A stretch of 64,000 nt of DNA from Anthoceros angustus. Its lineage: Eukaryota; Plantae; Anthocerotophyta. Below the pieces are notes generated by a model. The model was not told the DNA's origin and did not search any database. It worked only from the letters and a program-made list of their open reading frames with translations. The stretch's first letter is position 1. Every line of letters starts with the position of its first letter. Location: contig VJWM01000255.1 in assembly GCA_010909165.1 (NCBI GenBank), positions 131,465 through 195,464 on the forward strand, given 5' to 3'. The translations under genes were made by a program, and so were the position numbers. Below are positions 35,938 to 47,744 of this stretch, in pieces.

Positions 35938-37014
35938 ATGGTGACTGCGGCGACCCGTAACGCGAACGCGCTTCAGGAGCTGCTGCGCAAAGCGGGAGGC
36001 TGCGCTGTGATCGATGGCGGCCTCGCCACGCAGCTGGAGCGGCGAGGGGCGGACATCAGCGGCCCGCTCTGGAGCGCCGTCTGCTTGCTCACGATGCCGG
36101 ATATCATCCGCCAGGTGCACCTGGACTACTTGGAGGCGGGAGCGGAGGTTGTGATCACGGCCTCGTACCAGGCCACGCTGCAGGGGTTTGAAGCTCGAGG
36201 GATGTCGGCTGCTGAGGGGGAGGCGCTGATGAGGCGGAGTGTGGAACTGGCGGTTGAAGCTCGTGAGAGCTTTCTTTCGAGCGCCGCTGGAGCGCGATCT
36301 TCAGGTTTTGACAGGCTTCCTTTGGTGGCTGCTTCCGTCGGGAGCTATGGCGCCTACCTGGCTGACGGCTCCGAGTACAGTGGTAACTACGGGCCTGCTG
36401 TTGCGGTGGACACGCTTAAGGACTTCCACCGCCGCAGATTGCAGGTGCTGGCGGAGGCGCAGCCCGATTTGCTGGCTCTTGAGACTATTCCTTCCAAGCT
36501 CGAAGCGCAGGCCTTGATTGAGCTGTTGGAGGAGGAAAGGTTTTCCACGCCGGCCTGGATTTCTTTCAACTCCACCGACGGTGTGCGTGTTCCTTCTGGA
36601 GACCTGTTCTCCGACTGCGCGGCCTTGGCTGAAAAATGTGACAAGGTTGTTGCTGTTGGAATCAATTGCACTTCTCCAAGATTCATCCACGGTCTCATCT
36701 CGGCAGCGCGACAGGTCACCTCGAAACCGATTGTGGTGTATCCTAACAGTGGTGAGACTTGGGATGCCAAGGCCAGGCAGTGGCTGCCCCATTCAGGTGT
36801 ATCGGATTGTGGATTTGTTGCGTATGTGGATGAGTGGAGGAACGCTGGCGCTGCTCTCATCGGGGGATGCTGCCGCACTACACCAGAAACAATTCGAGCT
36901 ATTTCTGAACGAATCAGCTTGCCACAAAGTGAGATTGATCTTCGGCAAACCGCTCAACTGTATGCTCCAGTCAGTGTTATGGAATCAGACCAGGGCCAGG
37001 CTGTGAGAGTCTAG
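35938..37014 (+). CDS. HMT: Homocysteine S-methyltransferase (HMT/SMT family), intronless
   Basis: IDGGLATQLE, PLWSA, VHLDYLEAGA..TASYQAT, AASVGSYGAYLADGSEYSG, ETIP, zinc ligands in GINC and IGGCCRTTP. Single 358-aa ORF. Confidence 0.95.
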   Translation: MVTAATRNANALQELLRKAGGCAVIDGGLATQLERRGADISGPLWSAVCLLTMPDIIRQVHLDYLEAGAEVVITASYQATLQGFEARGMSAAEGEALMRRSVELAVEARESFLSSAAGARSSGFDRLPLVAASVGSYGAYLADGSEYSGNYGPAVAVDTLKDFHRRRLQVLAEAQPDLLALETIPSKLEAQALIELLEEERFSTPAWISFNSTDGVRVPSGDLFSDCAALAEKCDKVVAVGINCTSPRFIHGLISAARQVTSKPIVVYPNSGETWDAKARQWLPHSGVSDCGFVAYVDEWRNAGAALIGGCCRTTPETIRAISERISLPQSEIDLRQTAQLYAPVSVMESDQGQAVRV

Positions 37015-38157
37015 TCTGATCAATGTGTCAGGCAGATCTTGCACCTGTGGTTGGTGGGATCGTCAAACAGAGCATGAAGTACCTCGCACAATCTGAGGAA
37101 AGTGAAGCTGTTTTTTCTTTTTTGTAGTGTAGAGAGGAAAGTGAAGCTGTACCCGCAGTTCCATGCTAAACTGTGGATGCCAAGTGCCTTAGTAAGCATC
37201 ACAATACATAAGGAACATATTGAGCCGCTGGGGCTAAAGTAATACATTGCACCATGTGGTACTGGGCTTCCTTTTTTGTTCTACTGTACGTATTAGGATA
37301 TCATATATGTGAGTACCTTATCAGACTCTGTGGTGTGATCTGTATATAAGGGGCTGGAAAGGTAGTGCGGAGAATGGACACACTTTTTTAAGAGCTTGCT
37401 TGTTAAGGATCTGCGCTTCTACCGGGACTTGGATGGGGTGCCTAGAGTGAGTGGATGCCTTGGTGTTAAGTAGCTTAGACACACCATGGTACAAGTTAAG
37501 TGCCACCTTCCATGATAGAAAAATTCCATCCAAGTGGACTAAAATAGACTTTTCTTCTTCTACTGTGGATTCCTGTCTTGGGTTCTACAAGTATACTAGT
37601 GATTTGATCGATTTCTTCTCCTCGTATTATGTGCCTGAATGGAAACTCGTCTTTCTCTTCCGTTGCACCAACTCGAGTGACGAGCTAAGCGTTGACCCTC
37701 GCTGCCATCTCGGAGTCTCGGCTCACAAATATGGAGATCCCTGGATGATCAATGGCAGCTTAGGAGATTGCTAACTATTCACATGCTGCTCCACTATTCC
37801 TGACTAGTAGGTACCACTATGAACGGAGTGTGTCGCTCAGAGACCTTTTGCTGGCCAACGCTGGAGCTCCGTACTACCAGGCCCTCGCCAGTAGGCAATC
37901 GCGAGTTCAAGACTCCTCTTTAATTTTTCTCAAAATTCCACAATTCATGGTTTACAACCGTGCCACGCAGAGCACAAGCGCTATATATCTACATACAGAA
38001 CTCCCATGCCGGGGAAACTAAACCATTAAATTTAGTTTTCTCTGACCGCCCAGTTAGGTTATTCCTTCCTTTCCGGGTGCTAACGGATATTCCATCCTTC
38101 CTAAAGGGTGTGAGCTACTCAGAGCCACATTTTCCCATCCTACATTTCCCAACACAA

Positions 38158-41100
38158 TCAACCCTCCATATCTGCGTCATTTGAGATAGGGTCCATCCGA
38201 GGGGCCGGTTTCGCCATATCTACGTCATTTAGGATAGGGTCCACCCGGGGAACCGGTTTCGGAAAACCCAACTCGCAAGCCAGAGCAAGATGGTCACTTC
38301 CCCATTTCTGCAATACGCAGGCGAAAGGCAGCTTGTCAACCGGTAAGTACACAGAAAGGAATACTAGCCCCGTGCAGAAAAGAGGAGGACGAATTAGTAC
38401 CGTTGTGGGCAACCCTCTACTGCGCTGCAAAACATGCATAGGTAAGGTATCGAGAACGCGCAACGCTTGTAGTCCGTCGGTATGCCTGCAAAAAGAAATA
38501 AGAATCACTAACAAAACTATTGATTATACCAACCGTAGTCTATCCGTCATCGACGCTACACTGTATTTGCTAAGAACAAAATAGTACCAGATGTAGTCCA
38601 CAGTGCCCACAAACATCTGATGAAATGATGTCGCCAATGGCTCCCTAGTCGCATCCCGGCTTCCTGCCTCGGCCTGAAGCAAATTGGGCATGAAAACATG
38701 AGAACGAATGACTTCTGGGATCACCTGAATTAAATCTCTGGGGCATGTCTCTCGTGCTTACCTCAATTTCTGAATACGCACTACGCAGCCTTAGTTTGTG
38801 CCGGACTGTTTGCGACTCTTCACTGCCAGTTGCAGCTTTCAACTCCTCCGGGCTCCAGCCACATTGTTTGTCTTTGACCTTAACGGCCGTCTCCACGGAG
38901 CTGACTGTTACATTCGCATAGGCTTCATCCGGGCCCTTGTTCTCCACGGAAGTAACACTGCTGACAATTTGCTGCTCAGAAATCACCTGCGGATTTCCGT
39001 TCAATGTCTCTCCCATCGTCACATCTAATGCTGAGTTACTGCTCTCCGCAAGACTGACTTGAGAGGTCTTCGTATTTCTACAAGAAGCCAGCAACCACAC
39101 CCTCTATGAGCACAAGCAGCCTCCATGTACATGAGCACCGCACTGAAGCTGCGTGTACAAGTTACTTACGGATTTCTCCACGTAAAATGTGAAGGTTCAC
39201 TAGACCCTGAAGCTTCAACCTGCCCTGAAATGCGTCTCCTATCTTGCTTTGAAAGATCAAGCTGCCAAGAAAATCCAACACAGATCACTACACGGCACGA
39301 TGCAGAATCAAAAGTTGAAAGATGTAAAATAGTAAAAGTTATTGGATATTCTAGGGTGAAAGCAACGGCTTTTGTCTCACCTCAGAATTAGATAAGAATT
39401 GATACAGTGGGCTCTGCACACAGGCGAATTGAAAACGAAAGTTAGAACTTGCTCATTTCAAAATCTGTCAGTGTCACAGGTGATTTTCCGCCACACTCAG
39501 AATCGACACAAATAAAGCTTGAAGACGGACTAGTACTCTATGCGTGACAACAGAGACTTCAGAAAGTGCAGATGCTGCTGGTGTCAATGCTGCTTACACT
39601 AGGAGTGCTATTGAAGTCTCCTCCAAGAACAACAGGTACCCCACCAAACTCCCTTGAAAGGGAATCAGCTCTGTCTATCAATACACGGACCTGCAAGTCA
39701 ACCCAGAATCCACATTGAGCAACAAGCCCAGCTACCACTACAGGTAAAATGAAACTGTTTAAAACAGAGCGGTTCTCATTACCTGGCCTAACTTAATATC
39801 CCCACGTTTTGGGTTGAAGAGAACATGAATATTGCCAACTAGGACACATTGTGCTTGGGCTTGAGCCTTCGGCCTGCAACGTAAAAGGAACACAGGAAAC
39901 ATTTGAGTACCAACACAACTGAACCGAGTTGGACTTGACTACTAGTTTATCAGACCACACCAATTCAACAAAACCATATCACAATCACAAGGAAAACCGT
40001 ACCCGAGTCCAGAACTTTCGATGGCATCTCCAGTGGCAACATTTCCCACTCCCTCTGTGCCCTTTATCTCTGCGTCAGGTTTTTTAACAGCCTGCATACA
40101 GAAGACAACCAACATAGGTTCAGCCTGCATAGTAAATCAGGGCCACAAGACGACCAAACACCAGCAGGCATTGAATTCAAAAATTATTCACAAGTATGCA
40201 AGCCACCTCAAGAAGGCACAATTGTGCCACATTGTCCCGGAGATCAAGGTCTCGAAACTCAATGCCCTCATAATGTTTCAACCGAAATCTGCAAAAAAAT
40301 CACGAGACTGTAAATGCATGACGAAAAGTCCTCCATGTCTGGCAGAAACCATGTCAACCGGCATACATACCTATTCTTCCTCCAGAAGATAGCACAGCCA
40401 TCAGTAGCCTTTCCCGTACGAGCCTGCGACAGCAACAAAGAACACTGAGCCCCATGGCGACATGAAGAAAGACTGCTACAATCAGAATGATTCGAATAAT
40501 TTGATGCACACCTGGAAGACACCTTCATATCCCTTTGCCTCCAATCCCTCCTGCAAGTCTACATACCTATCCACCTCCTGCATCAAGAAACAACCTTTCA
40601 CTGAGTACATTCCAAACCCCAGTCAATCACATGCTAACTCCCACGAGAAGCTTATGAAATTTTTTTTTGAACAACTCGCACCTGCAGACAGATGATGTCT
40701 GGAGACCAAAGCCCCAATTCCTGCACGAGCTTTCTCTTGCGTCGGTTCCACTCCATAATGTAGTAAGGGATATGATTGTACAGCTCGTGCCAATGCTCCG
40801 TTGCATTATCAGCCGACAGAATGTTATACGAAACCAAAATAAATTTCTCTGGTTCACATAGACAAAGCGAACCATGTCATTCCTCCTGAGCAAAGCAGCT
40901 CAGCAATTTCGAGCAGCCCACGCAACAACGTGCCAACCCTACTTCAATGCGACATAAAATCGCAAAGTACGTGCCAGTAGCTGTCAGCTCGTCGATAACC
41001 ATCAGCTAAGCACCAACACAATCTGCCTGTTGCTAACAACACTCAGACCATCCATGCAGAGAACTCCAACATCAGCGCCATACAAGCTAAATGGAGCAGA

Positions 41101-41583
41101 TACGGCCTTCCGACGAAAGACTGTCATACCACTGCAACTGGTAGGCTCTGGAGCATTCAGCCAATACCGGTGATCATCGGGTCCTCTCCTCAGAGGCTTA
41201 AAGGGGCGTTCCTTATCCTGAGTCCTGCGCCACGAATTCGAGCTTCCACTCGGGTTCCAGCGCTGATGCCACGGTCTAGCTCCAGAATAAGTGTAAGGGC
41301 CGGACCTCCGCGCCTGCTGGCCATCCTCGAAGGCCGAGGCAGCAGCAACAGCCACGGCTCCACCATTCCCATTGCCATTACCGGCGACGACAGAGGCCCT
41401 GGCATCCCGCCACGTATTAGGACGCTTGGGAGGTTGAATGTCCGGTGGCATACTTGCAGCAACTCCGGCACCCGCTTCCCACATAGAGTGACCACACAGG
41501 GCCAGCAAGAAGGATCTGACAAACACGTTCCCACTCCAAGCAACGGCCACAGATTTCGGCTGAATCACCAGGCTACCAAGCAT
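38158..41583 (-). CDS. CCR4/Angel-like EEP nuclease (carbon catabolite repressor 4 homolog), ~13 exons; start may be 41583, 41484 or 41451
   Basis: SYNILS, PDIICLQEVD, DGCAIFW, VANIHVLFNPKRGDIKLGQ, GGDFNSTP, FVGTVDYIW and WGSDHLALAC, all on GT-AG-bounded exons. Confidence 0.9.
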
Positions 41584-41601
41584 AGAGCGGATCCCGCCAC
41601 A

Positions 41602-41609
41602 AAACCCTA
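41602..41609 (+). promoter_or_regulatory. Telo-box AAACCCTA ~20 nt upstream of the first ATG of the CCR4-like gene
   Basis: Exact motif at the expected position. Confidence 0.4.
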
Positions 41610-42589
41610 GCCAAAAAACCTCGACGTCCGGACCCCACGCCCTCTCCCCCCGTCACCACACGGGCATATCCTCGGCAGCAGCGCCACCGGGGGAGACCGC
41701 ACGCAGCTCGATCACTCCCTGGCTGAATCCTGCACCGGGGGATTCTTCCCAGCCCGATCCCCAGCCGAGATTCCTGGCAGTGCTACACGAATCCGGTCGC
41801 TCTTGTGCGAGTGTGTGTCGTCTCCAGGAGCTGATGGGCAGCCATGGGAGATGCGATGGGGCAGCTCGCAGTCAGGTCCCCGAACGGTGCGGCGACAACA
41901 CCACCGTCCACGAGAGCTAGCGTGTGGATGGATGATCAAATGGCGCCGGCAGCACGAATGAGCAGAACTGACAGCGTCGTACTTCAATCTCTCACCAGCC
42001 AGTCTTCCTCCCGACGGGGCCGGAGGCATCCGGGGCGAACCGAGTTACGGACGTCACGAACTGGGTTGGCAATTGGACCCCCTATTAATGCATCCGACTT
42101 GCTCGCCTGCCTACCCACGTAAGGACGCCGGCAGGGCGACTGGTAGCCCAGGTGTTTGGAATAAACCAAAAGGTTGCAATAAGTTATAATTTAATCGATT
42201 TGATTTTAAATCACAGCATTCATTTCGTCACATCATTGATTTCATTTAAATTCGATTAGGGCGTATGAACGTTGTTTCATGTACATACAAAGGTAGCTGG
42301 CGGCTCGCAATGCTGGAGTGTCAGCAACAAGCTTTCATAACACTGTGGACAAGAACGCACTCCGTTTCTTCTGATTTCGAAGGATGGGCTAGCCTTACGC
42401 TCGCGTTCAAGAACATCGGGCCACTGATTTTCATTTCATGTTACCTTATTGCAATCTTTTTTAGTAAAATTGATCAAATAATTATATTCCATGTAGAGGA
42501 CTCCAACGGGACAAGATGACAGTGATCATGTACTTCGGGGCTTTAGAACTTACAACTTCGGGGTTTCAATATCTTACAAGAGGGGTTGT

Positions 42590-42865
42590 TTTTGCCCTTC
42601 AGCACCTCACAACAGTGGCCCTTTTAGCCCTTTAGAACTTACAACCGTGGCCCTTTTTGCCCTTCAGAATCTCATAATAGCAGTCTTTTTTGCCCTTCAA
42701 AATCTTGCAATAACAGCCTTTTGTGCCCATCGTTTTTTCTCTCAATTAAACATACATTATGCCCTGTAGAACCTTACAGCAGCAGCTTTTTCTGTCCTTC
42801 AAAACCATGTAAGAACAGCCTTTTTTGCCCTTCAGAACCTCACAACAATGGCCCTTTTCAGCCTT
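42590..42865. repeat. Degenerate ~32-bp minisatellite (TTTTGCCCTTCAGAACCTCACAACAGTGGCCC-like)
   Basis: Several imperfect copies visible, with one interruption near 42730-42760. Confidence 0.75.
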
Positions 42866-44157
42866 TTTGCGGGAGATAATACATGACGCGGCCCCAAAGC
42901 GCTTCGGAACATGCAAGCTGTTGAGGGCCAGGAGTAATTGAAGGCATGTGGAACCCCATCCGAGTAGTGATTCAACCGAAGGGTTGCCTAACCACATAAC
43001 TCCTGGTTATGGTTACTGTGTCACTTCTCAAGGGAAAACGATGCAATCTTGTATATAATCAACATCACCAAAAAGTGGAGATGCATAATGTATAAATATT
43101 GAATCCATCTTTTTATTACGTTTCTGTTAGAGTTTTGGAAGAATCTACCTCTTGACCTATCTACTGTTAATAATAGTCATGCCTTCCTACGTCTTATGTT
43201 GGTACCAGTCCTGCCTACCTACTAGCAAGATCGCCTTATGTTGGTATAAGTTAGATTAGGTTAAGTATTGATATGAAATCGTAATTTATATTAATTCTAC
43301 AAAGTAGGTCGTCGCATGCATACGATATGATATGTCATAAGATTTGTGCATGATATTACTTGCCAAAAATCTCAATGACTACAACAACGTTACCCTTATC
43401 CAATAATAGATTAATATACATATTTAGTTAGCATGCTTCCAATATCTTTTTGTCTTCTATACATGGATAATGCAATAGGCATGTCGAATTAGACGAACAT
43501 ATCTTCTACACACGGACAATGCAATAGGGATGTCAAATTAGGAGAGCATACGTTTTTTTAGAGGAATAGTTTATTTGACATGACCTATTTATAAGACATC
43601 AAGAACAACAGTAATATTTTAGTTGAATATACATACTTTTCTATATGTTCATGCCCTCTTTTTGCCAAATCCCCTAAAACTATGGGATTATTTGAAGAGG
43701 ATGTGGATTCAAGCGCGGAGTGAATATGTGAGAAGATCAAAGTTGCTTTAAAGTAGTTTTGATAATTTCTTTCGCATATGCGACAAGATCAAAGTTCTTT
43801 GATTTAGCTTTCAAATAGTTTTGATAATTTCTTTCGATAAGTCCCACGACGGTCATCCATACTTCGAACCCTTGAAAATTCTTCTTTTTCTTCTCAAGTT
43901 TTAATTTAATTTTAATATTTTTATTAGCTTTTAAATATATAGACAATGACAACCATGTTTTGAAGCCAAGCACACATGGGGTTAAATAACAACATATCAC
44001 ACACTACACACCAAATCACAACATATCACACACTACACACCAACATTAGGCCTCGAAGTAGCTCACCATCTCCTAAGAATAACTCACATACCAGTCTTTA
44101 CTCTTATTTCTACTTACTATGGAGGATAGTAGACCTCCAAGTAGCTCATTGTTTCTC

Positions 44158-44337
44158 GAGGTTGTTATTATTGTTTACTATTGAACAACATTAGGCCTCC
44201 AAGAATAATTTTTATTGAGGTGAAAAAACGAGGTGAAAAAACGAGGGGAGGTTGTTATTATTGTTTACTATTGAACAACATTAGGCCTCCAAGAATAATT
44301 TTTATTGAGGTGAAAAAACGAGGTGAAAAAACGAGGG
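44158..44337 (+). repeat. ~90-bp tandem duplication spanning the retroelement 3' junction
   Basis: GAGGTTGTTATTATTGTTTACTATTGAACAACATTAGGCCTCCAAGAATAATTTTTATTGAGGTGAAAAAACGAGG occurs twice. Confidence 0.85.
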
Positions 44338-44816
44338 AAAAAACGAGGGAAAAACCGAGGTGAAAAAACGAGGGAAAAAACGAGGTGAAAAAACGATTGT
44401 CCCCATCCAATAGGGGACAACCAAAGGGGACTAGGGGGTCGAGGTGGAGAGGAGCAATTGAGCTCCCTACCTAAAGTCATCTACTGCACCCACAATGTCA
44501 TATGCAGGAAGAATAAACAGCGCGCAAACCACAGAGGTAGAGGAAGATGCGTCACCTACTGTCGCCGCCTTGTGGAGGCCGTTGAGAGCACCCGTTGAAG
44601 GACAATTAAGAGCGCCCGCTGAAGGGCAATTGAGAGCGCCCGTTGAAGGGCAATTGAGAGCGCCCATTGAAGGGCAATTGAAACCCGTTGTCGGAAGTAT
44701 GCTGTGAAGTACGAGAGGGCAATTGAGAGCGCCCATTGAAGGGCAATTGAAACCCGTTGTCGGAAGTATGCTGTGAAGTACGAGAGGGACAGCCCTGCGC
44801 CGTGTTTGCGCGCATG
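44294..44816 (-). mobile_element. 5'-truncated CRE/RLE-type non-LTR retrotransposon 3' end, flanked by a 10-bp TSD GGCCTCCAAG
   Basis: Minus-strand peptide SYFTAYFRQRVSIALQ (locally duplicated, with 21-bp ALSIALQ repeats) resembles the QRxSxALQR C-terminal motif of CRE-clade ORFs. Repetitive 3' UTR (GAAAAAACGAGG units on +). GGCCTCCAAG at 44284-44293 and 44817-44826. Confidence 0.55.
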
Positions 44817-45533
44817 GGCCTCCAAGTAGCTCTGTTTACTATTGATCAACATGGTCTCTCAAAGATGAATGACAAATCAGCCACTACTCCTACCCTTTAT
44901 GTACAAATAAGAATAAAATGGAGAGATGTACTAGAAAAATCAGAGAGTGCTTGTCATTTACTCATAAGGGATTGAGCACTTAGCCCTCCCCTTTCATGAT
45001 CTCTTCCTCAAACTTCGTTTAACCCCGCACTTTACATGATTTCATATGGGTTGTTCAGACAAACAACACTATGGAGGATTATAAGTGATTTGTTTGATCA
45101 ATCCTTGCCATATAGATGAGGCTTTGTTCTTTCGTAAGTTATTGCTTTCATTCTCTCATAACTTATTGTTTTCTTCTCTCTCAAGTGAACTCAACTACCA
45201 CTACCTAATTGTAATCTACTGATTTTAATTAATTATTTTACATGGGTTCTTGCTCCGACCACCTATTGCAGGTCTATGAGGAATGTGTGGAGAAAAACTA
45301 GGGGTATGTATGTATATGCCCAGTATGTACCTGCGAGTTAGCATGTGGAATGTGGAAGCGCATGCAACCCTAGTGTAGGTGCCCTAATCCGCAGTGGATC
45401 CGCATTTTGAGAGGACATACTGTGCTTGCAGTCTCCTTTTGCACAAGGTCTGAAGAGAGCAAGGGCTTAGACGCCGCCGGCAAGCCGAGCGCACGTCGTC
45501 CTGGTTCGGAGAGGAGCTCGAGCTCCCGTCGCC

Positions 45534-46961
45534 ATGGCGCTCAAGTTCCACGTCGGCTACCCCGGCAACAGGAATGCGAACAAGGTTCTGATCGCCGCTG
45601 AGTATGTGGGAGTGGAGATCGTGACCCCTGAAGGGTTCCAGATGGGAGTGACCAACACCTCCCCCGAGTTCCTCAAGCTCAATCCTCTTGGCAAGGTCTG
45701 GCAGTGGTAGCAGGCAGTTTGCTTCGTATTTTGCTCTGAAGGCTGAGCTGGGCTGAGTTTTGGTTGCTGTCTTCTGTTTTGCCAGATTCCCCTGCTGGAG
45801 ACCCCGGAAGGTTCTGTGTTTGAGAGCAGCGCCATTGCCCGGTATGTGGCCAGGCTGAAGCCCGAGGCGGGACTGTACGGGAAGTCGAATATTGATGCCG
45901 CGCATGTGGACCAGTGGATCGATTTTGCCACCAATGAGATTGATAACAACCAGGTGAAGATTCTGGGAGGCCGTCTTGGCTTCGCCCAGGTGGTGTACAC
46001 TGCCAAGGGAGAGGAGGTGGCCCTTGCTCAGTTGAAGCGTGCCTACGGCGCGTTGGACAAGTTCCTGGCTTCCACCACTTTCCTTGTGGGAGATGCAGTG
46101 ACGCTGGCAGATATTGTGCTCGTGCCTGCTCTGGCCTTAGGTTTCAAGTACGCGGTGGCGAAGGACCTTACGGCGGGGCTTCCCCATTTGTTGAGGTACG
46201 TGAACACATTGGTGAACCAGCCTGCCTTTAAGAAGGTTTTGGGCGAGCTCACCTTCTGGGAGGTGCCCCTCCCCAGCCCCCCGGCTGAAGGACAGATTGC
46301 CCCGAGGCAAGGGCCGTCTGCTGTGGCCAAGCCGGTTCCCCCGCCGGCAGCTCCCAAGGAAGTCGGGCCACCTCCTCAGGCACCTGCAGCTGCTCCCCGG
46401 ACCCAGGCCCCTGCTGTTCCGGCTAAGGCAGCCGATTTGGGAGATGAGGAGGAGGATGCTCCGAAGAAAAAACCGAAGAATGTTCTGGATTTGTTGCCTC
46501 CTAGTCCTATGGTGCTGGACAACTGGAAGAGACTCTACTCCAACACCAAGGCCAAGGATTTCGCTGAGGTGGCCATCAAGGGCTTCTGGGACATGTATGA
46601 CCCCGAGGGCTACTCTCTCTGGTTCTCCGACTACAAATATAACGAGGAGAACACACTCACCTACGTGACTATGAACAAGGTGGGTGGATTCCTGCAGCGT
46701 ATGGACCCCTTCCGCAAGTATTCCTTCGCCAAGATAGGTATTCTGGGTAAAGAACCCCCATTCAAGATCAAGGGAGTGTGGCTCTTCAGGGGCACGGAAT
46801 TTCCGCAGCCAGTGAAGGATGAGTGTTACGACATCGAGCTATATGAGTGGACGAAGGTGGATATCAACGACCCAGCCCAAAAGGCTCTGGTGAATGACTA
46901 TTTTGAGGAGCCTGACGAGATCTTGGGTGACAAGCTAGTGGAAGCCAAGTGCTTCAAGTAG
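45534..46961 (+). CDS. EEF1G: Translation elongation factor 1B gamma (GST-like N-terminal domain + EF1G C-terminal domain); exons 45534-45695, 45786-46961
   Basis: KVLIAAEYVGV..MGVTNTSPEFLKLNPLGK|IPLLETPEGSVFESSAIARYVAR, a Pro/Ala linker, KPKNVLDLLPPSPMVLDNWKRLYSNTK, GFWDMYDPEGYSLWF and the terminal EAKCFK. Confidence 0.96.
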
Positions 46962-47744
46962 GCAGTTGCTAGCATGAGATAGCCATCTTCTCTCTGATGA
47001 GTCTCAATTTTGATTTTCCCTGAAACCAGGCCATTGAACGGACGTTTCGCAATCCTGGTTGAGTTAATTTTCCCTCGTCGTTTTGCTGTTGTGGCTTAAG
47101 AACGTTTTTGTTTAACTGCGGAGGACTCACCAAGAGACGCAGGTTTTTCAAATGGAAGCACGAGTTTCAATTCCGCTTTTCTTGCCTCAGCGCTCGTGTT
47201 GAGAAGGAGGTCGGCCACGTGCCATCAGAAGAGACAAAGGTTCGACGATGATGTCCGTCCAGTCCTTCATCCAAAATCTTATTGATTCCGTGCCAAAAAT
47301 TTGAGCAAATACGCAGAAGTCTCTGTGACAGCTAACTACATGAAATAATGATAGTCCGGCTGCAGTTCACATGGAAAACGTCATCAAACTACGTATGAAC
47401 CACTGGCAAACTGTCCGGCTCGGCAATTCTGACAGGTAGACATCCGGCTTGCAAAACATAATTGTAGCAAATTCGAGCCTGCTCTCGCTCACTCCTCGTC
47501 TCCAATCAGAACTGCATGAACCACAGCTATGGCAAAGCTCCTGCTGGTTGCTATCTCAGTGGCTATGCTTTCTGAAATCTTTGACGGAGGAACTCGAGTG
47601 TTACTTGGGATACTGGTATCTCTGCTGCACCGTTTCCTCCTCCGCTTGGGATTTGTCTGACCTCAAAAACCTGAGCAAATCCCACTTGAGCTCCCATGAC
47701 ATTGTAGTCTGCAAAAATAATGTAAAGCATGGCATTGCGTCTGG

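Noticed and set aside
3308-37014. Metalloid-detox cluster of ACR3 and HMT/SMT
   Set aside because: The genes are 31 kb apart with unrelated housekeeping genes between them; there is no evidence of co-regulation.
42590-44790. CRISPR-like array among the 21-32-bp repeats
   Set aside because: Eukaryotic context, degenerate tandem units without unique spacers, and no cas genes.
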